NCBI RefSeq assembly: GCF_009834535.1
Contig: NC_045696.1
Location: 102,798,001-102,862,000, forward strand
Source: Camelus ferus
Taxonomy: Eukaryota
Direction of reading: 5' to 3'
DNA: 64,000 bases
Below are positions 51,723-64,000 of this stretch, in pieces. The translations under genes were made by a program, and so were the position numbers. Each line of letters opens with the position of its first letter. Position 1 is the first letter of the stretch. The notes under the pieces are model-generated. The model was not told the origin of the DNA and searched no databases. It worked only from the letters and a program-made list of their open reading frames with translations.

Positions 51723-54687
51723 AAAAATACACAAATAAAAACCAACCAAACAAAATCCTTCCCCTTTGGCCAGAAGTTCCTCTATAGTTATATATTTCTA
51801 AGAGCACCAGAGAGCAGTATTATAATCCAGGATAATTTCATGATACATTCCTCCATTAAGATATTTTTAAGGATACATAAAGTGACAAAAGAACAGGATG
51901 CTACAACATAACATATGGGTGAAGATCAAGCTAAGCCAGAGTCATCCTCTGGCTTACCAGTAGGCAGAATAATTTTCTTGGGAAATATATGAAGTATTTT
52001 TGGAAAACTCTGTTTATAACATCTCAATTATACAATATCCATATTTTATGTAAAAAAATTAAATATTTACAGATCTGACAGGTAAAACATTTTTTAAAAA
52101 ATCCTATTCTATTTAAACTTCTATTTAATGTATAGATAAAAACTATCCAAAAATGTTAGCTCAAACAGTCTATATGTTATTAACTCAAACACTGTAACAC
52201 TAAAACACTAAACCAAGAAAGTTGCTTAACAGAAATAAGTGTTTTTTTCTGTAAAAGGCAATTATTATACCTAAGGGGAACTCTTGACAAAAATTACAAC
52301 ATGAATTGGAGAAGATTTTTGATCAAGAAAGGCAGAAATATGAACCCCCGAACCTTTACTTAGCAGCACTCAACTCACTTGTGATTTTTAATTTATCTGT
52401 GTGATTCTCAAGTTATTGGGTTTTTTTTTTTTTTAACCTTAATTAGGCCATAAGCTCCATGAGTGTTGGGCTATCTCTATTCCTGCCTGCGCTTGGACAA
52501 AATTGGTATGTAACATTTCAAAATGCACATTTTTATAATAGCTGTCTTATTATATTTTAACAGTAAAAAAAAATTAAGTAAAAGGATACCATTAATACTC
52601 TATGGATTCATCAACACATTGTTTTCTTTTTTCCTACCTTGTTTTTTTAATAACTTAACCCTACTTTTTTTCTGGAGGGGTAAGAAAAAGAACAGGAAAC
52701 ACACGTACAAAAGTCACTCATCATTAGTCAAAAGTCACTATGCTCACTGCATGAAATTGTAAACTGAATCAAGGAGTGCCTTTAAACAAGTAGGCAAATG
52801 GTTCTTAGATATTTCCTTAGAGCAAGTTCAGACATATGTATTTCAGGAAGCCTAGAGTGAGCTAACAACGTAACAGGTTCAGAAGACATCCTTGGCAAGG
52901 TTTATTCAGATCTAATTGTTTCAAAGCAGAAGCTGTGCTGGGAAAAGTAAAACACTTCCAGGAATTTTACTGGCTTAATTCACACTGCACTCTTCTACCA
53001 AGACAGAATATGGTTAGAAAATTAATAATATTGTGGGTGTGTTCACTAATGTTATTGGAAACAGGGCCATTGTGATTAAAAAAGAGTAGCTGAGTAGCCA
53101 TAGTTTAACCATTTGTTATGAAATTCAGTGACACAGCAATATTATGCTATGCCAAGAGTGGTATGATTCTCTGATTTCAATGAGTTTTTACTCACTAAGA
53201 AATATAAACTTTAATTCTTATACAGACTAGGGTAAACTGAATCTTATTTAAAAAACAAAGAAAATATTCTTTCTCACTACTATTTAAATAATAGGTTATA
53301 GAAAAATAATACAACATTTCCTTTCTTATAACTAAGGTATATATAACAATCTCTCAAAGGTAGTTTAAATAAATAGAGGGGGAAAGTGCTTTTTTGGGCT
53401 TCCTTTCAGCCTAACTTACTCAAGGAAAAATATAAACAAATTTCACACTGAAAAGATCTGCAGCAATGCAACTTGGAAGCAAATATGATAAATTATAAAT
53501 TATTTCCTAAATTAAAATATTAAATTTTAGATAAGACAGCAGAAATATCAGAAAGAGGAAAATATTAACAAGAAGAAATTATTTAATTCTCTTCAAAATA
53601 GAGTTCAGATGTGTATTATTTTTACCTTATCTACCTAATTTTAAATATTAATGCATCATGGATTGAATACTGCTTAAAGTAAAACTTTGATTTAAAATCA
53701 AGGTACTGGAAGTGAATTAATTTCCAAATAAAAATAAAAATCCCAAATACACAAATTATTTTTATAGCTGAAGAACTACCAGTGAACATTCATTGTACAT
53801 TAACTCATCTTAAATTATTTAATAACTGAAACAATGAAGAACAAATTAATCAATCAGTGCTTCATACCACAGAAGAAACTAAATTTCAATATTCTTTTTA
53901 TTCTATAGCAAATACTAAAAAAAGAAGAAGAAATGGTGGGAAATGCTGAGGTTATAAATAAGGTTGACGATCCAGAGGGAAATAAAGGAGATATCATTAA
54001 AAGACCATAAATAGACTATGTGATTACACCTCAACTCCCTGCCTTCCCCCATCCCTCCAAAAAAGGGCAAGGGTAGTAAAAACAGCAGAAGGTCATTCAA
54101 ATATTTATTATAGCGTAATACTTATAAAAAACAATTTTCAGAAAACAAATATCTTTTTTTAATGTCATTTCTAAAGAGATCTGGCTACCATTATGAAGAA
54201 CTGATTTAAAGACTGTGTCAACAGGGAATGCTTAAATTTAAACTTAAGTAACGTTCTATAATAGAGATAAGGTAAGGTGTAACTACAAAAGTTCACAGGT
54301 TTTTAAAAGTAAAATTAATGATATAATAAAACAAAATAGTTAACTCTCAAAATGCAACCAAGTATAAACTGTATTACATTTCAAAATATCCAAGAAAATG
54401 CTCATAGTCTCATAACAAAAGAAATCATCAGCAAAATTTGTTTTTCTGTTTTAACAATCATAAACAATCTTAGCAACTGAGCATTTTTAACTTCCATGTA
54501 ATTAAGTAATATTAAATAAGAGATCTGCTTCCTTATCATCAAGTTCAGGAATATATATCTTTAAAAAAAAGTTAGCTAAGTCTTCAATGATGATGAAAGT
54601 GTTCAAATTCTTGCTGTATCAATAGTATAAAATTACAGATTGAATGCAGTTTATAATGCCACCAAGCAAGGGAGAATTAATGAGCTA

Positions 54688-55128
<441 letters not shown>

Positions 55129-56379
55129 TTATTTAACTGATATTCAAAGTTTTAGTAACAGTTTAAAATCAATTCTGTACAGTCCACATAGTCGTTTTTT
55201 TTTCCCCCTATATGTAATAAAAGAGTGTAGCAGTTAAGAGCATAGACTCTGGAGCCAGACTACCTGGATTTAAATCCACTTACTTACTAAATGATCTTGA
55301 GCAAGTTTTTAAACCGTTCAAAGCCTCAAATTCCCCATCTATAAAATGGGGATAATAGTAGTATCTAATCATACACTTGCTTTGAGGATTAAATGTAAAG
55401 CTCTTAGAATAGTGCTTGGTAATAGCATGCACTATATAAGTATTAGTAACTGTTACTAGCCTACTTGGTCATTTTGAAACACTTAATTTATAAAGACTCG
55501 TAATGTTTATAAAATTTCAAAATTAACAAACAATCCATAGAAAGAGACTTCAGAATAGAAAAACTAAATCATTTCAGTTATAAGAAAGCAACATGTTAAG
55601 ACAGCAAAGCAATTAAAGTCTAAACATCAGATGTTTTATGCGCCACAAAGGCACTGAGGATTTCTTAAATCTGCTTAAAATGGACTTCCGTGTGAGAAAA
55701 GGAAAAATATTCCCAAATAGGAGGAAAATTCTAGTTCAAGTACAGAAATTAATTTACCAAAGTTCACAAAGCTTCTTAGTTTATAAAATTCAGAACAATA
55801 TTTCCTCAATATAATGCTCATGCTGTGGAGTATAACTTAAGGATTTTGATAACTCTGGACACAGTAGTGTAATCAGGTTTGAAATCACCAAACCACAAGT
55901 GGTCATAGTATCATTCAGATACTAAATAATATTTGATCAATCTTCTGTTTTAAAATGATTTATCCTGAGATAGAATATAATTTATAGAATGCAACAACGT
56001 AGTTTAAAAAAACTGGACAGAGTTTTTCTTTTTGTTTTTTGTGCTTATCAAGAAATTTCCTAATGTACTAATACCTATTTTTGGCAGTTAACTCAAGTCT
56101 TACTCCATTATTTATCCTTCTGTTTAAATTCCAGGTTCTTAGGGAATCGTAATTTATCCCTCAAGAGGAATTATCAAGGAGAAAACAAGCTTTTCTTCCC
56201 ACCAAACACCCAGTTTGGTAGCAGCCCAACCTTAGTGGTTTTACCCTTCTCCCAAGTATCAAAGCAGTCTCAGGACTGACTGCTACCCTTGCCATCCCTC
56301 CATATAACGGTGATGTAATGAATGGTAATGTTAAATATGTGACTGGAAGAATAAATTTTCAGCTGGAAATGTTCTAAGT

Positions 56380-57092
56380 CTATGGTGGTTTTAAAATATA
56401 GACACAAACTCTTTGATATTCTTCTCATCAACAGATGGGCTACCAATATTCCTACCTTTCAATTCAACAACCTTGTGGTTGCTTTAACCAACAGCTTCTG
56501 GAAGAAGTGATGCTCAGTGACTTCTGAAGGTAGGTCTTAAAAGGTCATTCAGCTTCCACCTTGTTTGAGAAATCGTGCTCTTGGAGCCAAAACCTGGCAC
56601 GTAAGAAGTTCTACTACCCTGAAGCCACCATATTATGAGGAAGCCCAGGCTACATGTAAGCACTCTGGTCAGCCCTCAAGCCATCTCAGACCATCTCCTT
56701 GCAGCCAACCCACCACGATGGCCATGCCCCTCCATGGTTCCAGTCGTGAGTTCTCAGGAGGCCCACCCTCAATAGACCCATCCACCTGAGCACCCAGTCC
56801 ATGTAGAGCTCCCTGTTGGAGTCCTCAGCTGCTGCTCAGGCACAAGACATATGAGTGAAGAAGCCTCCAGATGACTGTTAGCTCCCAGCCATTTTGGCCA
56901 TCTCCAGCTGAGACCCTTGACATAGTCAAGCAGAAACAAATCAACCTTGCTGGGCTCCTTCCTGATTCCTGACCTACAGAGTCCACGAGCATAATAAGAT
57001 GATCATGAAGTTATGGCAAAATGACTGTGAAATCCTCTTTTATGCTACTAAGTATCAAGGTAGTCTGTTATAAAGGATGGATTACCTGAACA
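56380..57092. mobile_element. MaLR (MLT1-type) solo LTR
   Basis: tatggtggttttaaaatat...gtgacttctgaaggtaggtc...atgagtgaagaagcctccagatgac...tttatgctactaagt. Confidence 0.75.
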
Positions 57093-57314
57093 AAGTCTAC
57101 CAACTATTTGGGAAAATATTATCTTCCCCTTTGATCATATTTAGAAATCTATTTTAAAAAACTGATTTACATTTTCATTCATCCTTAAAATTACAGAGTA
57201 TTTTCCTTTCAACTCAAAAATTACTATTACTTCTATTACTTCTTGTTTCCTTATGCCTAATCTTTTTTTTAGAATGGAACATTTGGCTATCCCCTGTGAG
57301 TCCTTCAGGGATTT

Positions 57315-57350
57315 TATATATATATGTATATATATATACACACACACACA

Positions 57351-57387
<37 letters not shown>
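57315..57387. repeat. Compound (TA)n(CA)n microsatellite
   Basis: Direct observation. Confidence 0.95.
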
Positions 57388-57389
<2 letters not shown>

Positions 57390-58030
57390 GTATTTAGGAA
57401 ACTTTCTCTTAGTTTTTTCTTCCCTAAACGGGATAATCTTGGTTCTTTCCACTTTTCTTCGAGGTCTTTTCCCAATTACTTAAGTTGATTTTGTATTTTG
57501 ATATATCTTTATTTTACCATTTTCTAGTACTTCGTGTCTATTTTAGGTTATAGAACACAGAAATAAATAAATTAACCTAAGATCTAGTCAGTAAGATCTA
57601 GTCAAAATGTATATTAGAGGAAAATTACATTAGGGTCCTTGTTTTCTCTGTTTCTACTTATACAGATAAACATTGTATTTCCTTTTTTTCTTTTTCTTGC
57701 ATTGTATTTCTCTTTTAAGCCACATAGTTATGTTGTTGATTTATAATCTTATAGCTACACTGATCCAAATTCCTATACTTAACTTTTTTTCTTATAAATG
57801 TTTTACCTGAAGCAAGAACTTTGCAGTACTATAAAAAGTATAGAATTTGAAGCCAGAGATCTGGATAAGAAATATAATATATAGGTAACCTTAAATATCT
57901 TAAAATTCCTTTATCAATTTTCTGAGTCACAAGCTATTGGGAGGCTCAAACTATCCACCAAGATTAATAGAAAACTCTGCCCCTAGCATCAAAGCTCCTA
58001 TATCTTGCCTTCTACCATTATTTGGGGCCC

Positions 58031-58250
58031 ATTCGAGATTTGCAGATACTAACTTATACACATAAAATAGATAAACAACAAGTTTATACTGTATGCACAG
58101 GGAACCATATTCAATATCTTGCAGTAATCTATGGTGAAGAAGAATATGAGAACAAATGTATGTTCCTATGTGACTGAAGTATCGTGCTGTACACCAGAAA
58201 TTGTCACAACATTGTAAACTGACTGTAGTTCAATAAAAACATTAAAAATA
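58031..58250 (+). mobile_element. 5'-truncated L1 3' end, same subfamily as 19731-20174
   Basis: Highly similar to 19940-20150 (ttcgagatttgc...aaaatagataaacaacaagtttatactg...acattgtaaactgact). Confidence 0.9.
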
Positions 58251-59053
58251 TGTATATATAAATTTGATAAGCAAATTTTATTCTAACATTTATGTTGATA
58301 ACAAAAGTAATGGGTCTTAGAAGAAATACTTTTATCAACACCCTCTATTATTAACTGAACATTGTTATCTACATATAAATAACTATGTCTAATAAATTAT
58401 CTCAAAAAGTGAAATAAATAATGCAAACCTTCCTTCTTCAAGTTCCTGAATTATGTGTATGTGTGTGTATGGGGAGTAGAAATAGGTATTATCCTTAACA
58501 GGAAGGGATGATGCCAGAAGAGCCAGATCCAGCTTAGTTATTATAGCATGCATCTCTCCACCTTTGAGTTTCACAATGAATTAACAGGTAAGAATAAGAA
58601 ACATAATATCTGATACTTTATTTTTAAAGAGAAAGGCACTATTACTATAGAAAGGGCTATTTATAACCAGATCAATAGAACAAACCTATGACAGACAAAA
58701 CACAAGATGGAAACTTCATTACGAAGACACTTACTACCCAATATTTTACCTGTTAGCCACTGTTTAGCAAAAACATTAAATTCACATCCATATTATTATA
58801 ATAATTAATATTGCTAAAAATAATAGCAACTACCATTTATTGAATACTTGCTTAATACTAGTACTCATTGTACTAAACTCTTTAAATATATATACCCCTA
58901 ATTAATTCTTAAAACTAAAGCTCAAACAGATTCAGTTAAGTTTCCCAAGGATACAGTTTCTATCAAGCAGAAGTAGGATCTCAACCTACATGTGTTGCCT
59001 CAAAGACTACTCTGAACCACTAGACTACTGGGGGGAAATAATTAAATATATCA

Positions 59054-59281
<228 letters not shown>

Positions 59282-60520
59282 CTATTATTAGAAGTGTCAC
59301 TTCCATCTTCTAATTAAGCTGTTTTCACTAGAAAATTTTTTACTCAGTTACATTTTAATTCTGATAGTGCTAAACAAAATCTGAAGTCATTTGTGCTGAC
59401 AGTCAAAGAAACCTACTGGTGCATAAATTCTCCAAAGCTTTGGGGAAAACTGTAACACGGTTACATTCTCTGTGTTCACACTGATAATCTTAGATAAGCA
59501 CAATGTTTTCTTATATATACTGATATTCCTAGAAATTCTGGTAATATTTGTCAACCAGTTCTTCACTTAACTCATTTGTCTTTATTCTCTATGAGTTTGG
59601 TATAAAACTTCCTTTTATATTATTTATCTAAATGACAGATAATATTTTGATGCTATCCAGAAATATTACTGTACAATTTTTAACTAGAAGTTCTTAAAAT
59701 AATAGTCTACAACATGTTTATGCTACTTCTAATATTAAAACAGTATTTTGTTTCATTTTTAAAGTGATCATTTGAACAAAATTCAAGTTAGAAAAAAAGA
59801 TACTAAAACACACCTAGTAAAGAATTCTCTTTCAGAATCACTATTCCTTAAAATTTAAGATTTAACTGCTTAATAAAGGCAAGCCTAAATCAACTTGTGA
59901 GAAACTAAGAAGTTTTAGTAGATAATACTTTTAAAAACTATCAATTATATTAAGCTTACGACTGAGTGTTACAACTTAAGAATAAAATTAGAAATAAATA
60001 ATTACATGTCAGTTGGGGGTTAGACTTCAGAAAATAACTTTTCATTCAGCATTTTTTTTTAAAGGGAAAGGAAGGGGAAACAGGAAGATTTCCTATTGAT
60101 TAACGGTTTTCTGTGAACTGGCTGTATATGATTACAATTCAGAGAATTAAAAACTTTTCCTTGGAGGCTAACATTTTTCTCATCCATTGTTTGCATTTGC
60201 TACATAACCAAAATTATCTAAGAATAAGTAGTTAGATTTCTTTAACAAACGAAGTGTTACCTGCTTTTTAGTCTAGGAATCTAATTGGAGATCAGAACAA
60301 CCATCAGAAGTGTATGTTACTCTGAAGATATCTCATCTTTAGATAAATGTTGACAGACCACTATATTCAAAGGTAAAATTACTACATTTTATCAGCCTAA
60401 TTTGCTTAATCTCTAATAGATTACTGGAAGACTAATAAGAGGCTGTATAGTTTACATGGAAATATAGTAGACCAGAAGCCAGGAGTCCTATGTTCTAGTT
60501 ACAACTCTGCTTCTACTTTC

Positions 60521-60684
60521 TTTTTTGTTTGTTTGTTTGTTTGTCGTGTGTATATATATATATATATTTTCTGAAGTATAGTCAGTTTACAAAAATACAT
60601 GGAATGCTTTAAGAATTTGCATGTCATCCTTGCACAGGGGCCATGCTAATCCAATTTTAGTATGTGTGCTGCCAAAGTGAGTGC
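60521..60684 (-). pseudogene. RNU6: U6 snRNA-L1 chimeric retropseudogene
   Basis: 60591-60684 matches U6 (gcagcacacatactaaaattgg...attagcatggcccctgtgcaaggatgacatgcaaattc) with a 15-nt deletion; 60572-60590 is the L1 3' end; A-rich tail; TSD ctactttc (60513-60520, 60687-60694). Confidence 0.92.
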
Positions 60685-62180
60685 TCCTACTTTCCATGTC
60701 AATTCTGTTCCTAATTAGATGCTGATACCAGCAAGACATCTAACCTATACAGATCACTTTCCCTGCCTATAAAAATAAGGGGATTGAAGTTAATGAATTC
60801 TATGATCACTTCAAAATCTATCTTTATTCTCCTGTGATTACAATGCAATCATAGCAGTTGTTTTCAAATCCTTTCTGGAAGGAGTTGAATGAATTCTGTT
60901 TCATATGGTAATTCAGAACTCCAATTATGAGATTATAAGATATTTCATATTTCTTCATATTTAAGAGGAATAATTTTCAATAGCCTCATGTGCAAATAAA
61001 TTTAAAAGTACCAAGTTACATTTTAACCATGTCTTATGTGCTCAGCAAAGTATATACTTTATCTCGTAACAAGTTTAAATGAATTAAAATTAAAATTAAA
61101 TTAAATTAAAATATGGTAGTTGCAAACTAGAATACTTACAAAACAGGTATTTTTCAGAAGCTTCCAGAACTAGGAGCTATCAAGAACACAGTGTACTGAT
61201 GTTAAGGCAAAAGAAGACTGCAAGCTTCTTATTGTCCTTCCAGTAAGCATAAGTTTGAATTTCCCAATCTAGTTCTAGTCAAGTCACTGAGGGAGTGCAA
61301 TGCAAGACATGGGGCTCCAACATGAGCTGGACACGAAAGGAAAGGTGGGTCAAGGTATAACCCCTGCTGGAAACCTCACAGCAGGGACTGGCAAGAAATC
61401 TTGATCAATTCCTCCTTCTTTGGAGGACACCAGGGATACTTTGACATAAGAGAAAAGTCTCAAAGTTTTTCCTTAAGTCTACTAAATGAAGTTTTCTAAG
61501 AATTTTTTTTAATGTTTAAATCAGTAGTTTAATAGGCTGCTTTTTCCAAAGCCTTTTTCTCCCCCCGCAACTTACTTCTTTAAGGGAAAATGATATCAGT
61601 GATTCTTTGAGTATGCAAAGTTCCAGAATCACACTTAACTCTTCATTTCAGAAAAATACCTCAGACTGAGTATTCATCGCTCTTAGTTTAATTTTATGTC
61701 TACATATTTAGTTTCTCTCACCAGTAAAAAGGGACAGTGTCTGTGTGCAGCATACGTGACGTACAGAAAGCACTCTATGCTTCTCAAAGTTATAAAGGAT
61801 CAGACTCCAAGGATGATTACAGAATCTAGGAATGAGGGGAGGTAGGACAGAGAGCAGGTTTAACTAAATTTGCTCTTGCTTAAAGCTACCACTCCCACTG
61901 TTCTTCACACTGCCCTAGAAGGCCCCTGGCAACGCTGAACAAAGCAGGGATTTAAGGGCGATGGGAGAGAGGAAGAGCGCAGATGAGGAAAGAGTGACCT
62001 AAGTAGCACCAGGGTCTATTCCACTGAGGGAAAAGAAAAATCCCAAGTATGTGGCAGCAAGGTCTGATCATATTGAATGAAATGTAAATAAACAGACATG
62101 ATGATTTGGCCTATGAAAAAACTCAGGTTGAAAAGATTCTGAAAAAAAAAAAAAAAGATATAATTTACAATTTCCATTCA

Positions 62181-62357
<177 letters not shown>

Positions 62358-63039
62358 TTATATACATATGATTACTAGTTTTAACCTATAATTTTCACAA
62401 ATTTAAAATTACATATCATAAAAAAGAACATAAAACAACTATAATATATTTATTATAAGGTAATCTATATAAGAAGAAAAAACTAAAAAATTAAATATTT
62501 TGAGATAGAATATTAACAAATTTTATATCTATTGCTTTTAAATAAATTGTTTTAGGATATCTTTTCATAGATTCAAAACTGTATTCTTCAATTCAGTTAA
62601 ATTAAAAATTTTCTATTCCTGAATCTAGTATTATTTTAAATGAGATATGCTGATAACTAACACATTTCAATTATGATGTGGATGATTATCAAATTTTTCT
62701 TTCCCCATTTATAAGTCTACTTTAATATACTACATATATATAACACATGACTCATTCAGCCAGGTTATTTTTGAAAGATGTTTCAAATCTTAAGAATGAA
62801 ATCACTGGTTTATGCCTAATCTCTAGCTAATGGAAAAGTACTCCCTTTACTTTCTATAAATTAATGATCATATTCAATATCTAAGTAGGAATCCAACTAG
62901 AGAATATTTGCTATAGCTCTTTCATTTACAAATATATAATTCTTAATTTATAAATTTGGTAGATGTTATATAATGTATATTTTTCTTTTAAATATAAATG
63001 TAATACATGCATGGTTTTTTTAAAAAAGCAAGCAGTTTA

Positions 63040-63790
63040 GAAACATAATGCTTCCCAATTCTCCTCCTTCCACCAACTCTAATCCTCAAAGATAGTCACA
63101 TTTCATAGAATTGTGAATATTCTCCTGATGTTTTCTATTAGCACACGAACATAATCAGACATACTATGTAAAGGGACAACTATTTCTACGTCACTACATA
63201 CAGAGTCATCTCAGTATTTCCTAAAACTGGATGGTTTCCATTTGATGGTGGTACATTGCATCTCCATTACTGGAAATTTAGGTTGCTTTTAATTTTTTAC
63301 TTCCATAAATAATGCAACAATGACTATTCGTTAGTTCACATATGCATGGCACACTTAGAATTGCTGGATAAAATGGCATGTATATTGTAAACTCTGATAG
63401 ATGTTTCCAAAGCACTAACAATAAGGAGAGCTCATTTTCCCCACATTTTCATTAGTACTTTCCCACCCTAATAGGTGAAAAATGTAATTTTAAGAGTCGT
63501 ATTACTCTGAATTTCTTTAGAAGCTTAAGCATCCTTTCGTGTTTACTATCCATTTATACTTCTTCTATAAACCACCTGTTCATTTTCATTAGCCTATTTT
63601 TCTGATGACTTTTTTAAGTCATCAATTTGTAAGATCTCTTTATATATCAAAGAAATTAGCCTTCTGTCTGGTCAAAGTGTTTTAAATATTTTTTCCCAGT
63701 TAGTTGTCTTTTTACTTTGTTTGCAATGGAGTTTTTTCTGTATGGAAATTTAAAACTTTCATTTAAACGAATTTATTGAACTATACCTTA
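63040..63790 (-). mobile_element. Old L1M fragment
   Basis: Antisense L1 motifs ggaaatttaggttgcttt, gaattgctggataaaatggcatg, ttctataaaccacctgttcat. Confidence 0.7.
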
Positions 63791-64000
63791 TTTACCTGAT
63801 AGGCTCCATATCATATTTAGACATAAAAATAGATTCTATATAATGCATTTTTAAGAAAACAATATTTGTGAAATCTAGTTATGATCTAGCTACTCATATA
63901 TTATATGATTATAAACAAGTATAATCATCTATATTTTAAGGATTTCAAAGGAGTATTTGCCTACACCAAAACTGCCCAAAAACTTGAGAAAAATATTTAC

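Noticed and set aside
51932..51956. 10-bp inverted repeat taagccagag/ctctggctta, and short tandem duplications such as 57578-57604
   Set aside because: Short and isolated; compatible with chance or replication slippage in 64 kb.
60591..60684. Functional U6 snRNA gene
   Set aside because: ACAGAGA box deleted, CpGs decayed, retroposition hallmarks present, and no evident upstream PSE/TATA.

Overview
Mammalian genomic DNA, most likely camelid: it carries three tRNA-derived SINEs of the Vic-1 type and a shared artiodactyl-type L1 3' end. Two convergent protein-coding genes are present, both truncated by the window edges. PCOLCE2 (+ strand) contributes its last six exons (3582-21763, polyA signal 22195). 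TRPC1 (- strand) contributes its last nine exons (62319-32700, probable polyA signal ~31040). All exons have GT-AG boundaries and join in frame; exon numbers follow the recalled human structure. The introns and the ~9 kb intergenic gap are full of L1, L2, MIR, LTR and hAT relics. I found no new multi-gene system. The most interesting signals are retroposition fossils: (1) a TSD-bounded MRPL50 processed pseudogene whose antisense-L1 3' segment carries a pure A-to-G cluster resembling ADAR editing fixed in DNA; (2) a U6-L1 chimeric retrocopy missing the ACAGAGA box; (3) an internally deleted L1 with both ends and a TSD; (4) an 87-nt polyadenylated mini-retrocopy. A strikingly CpG-dense PCOLCE2 exon 5 also stands out. 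Protein and repeat names come from recognition by eye, not from database searches, and repeat boundaries are approximate.
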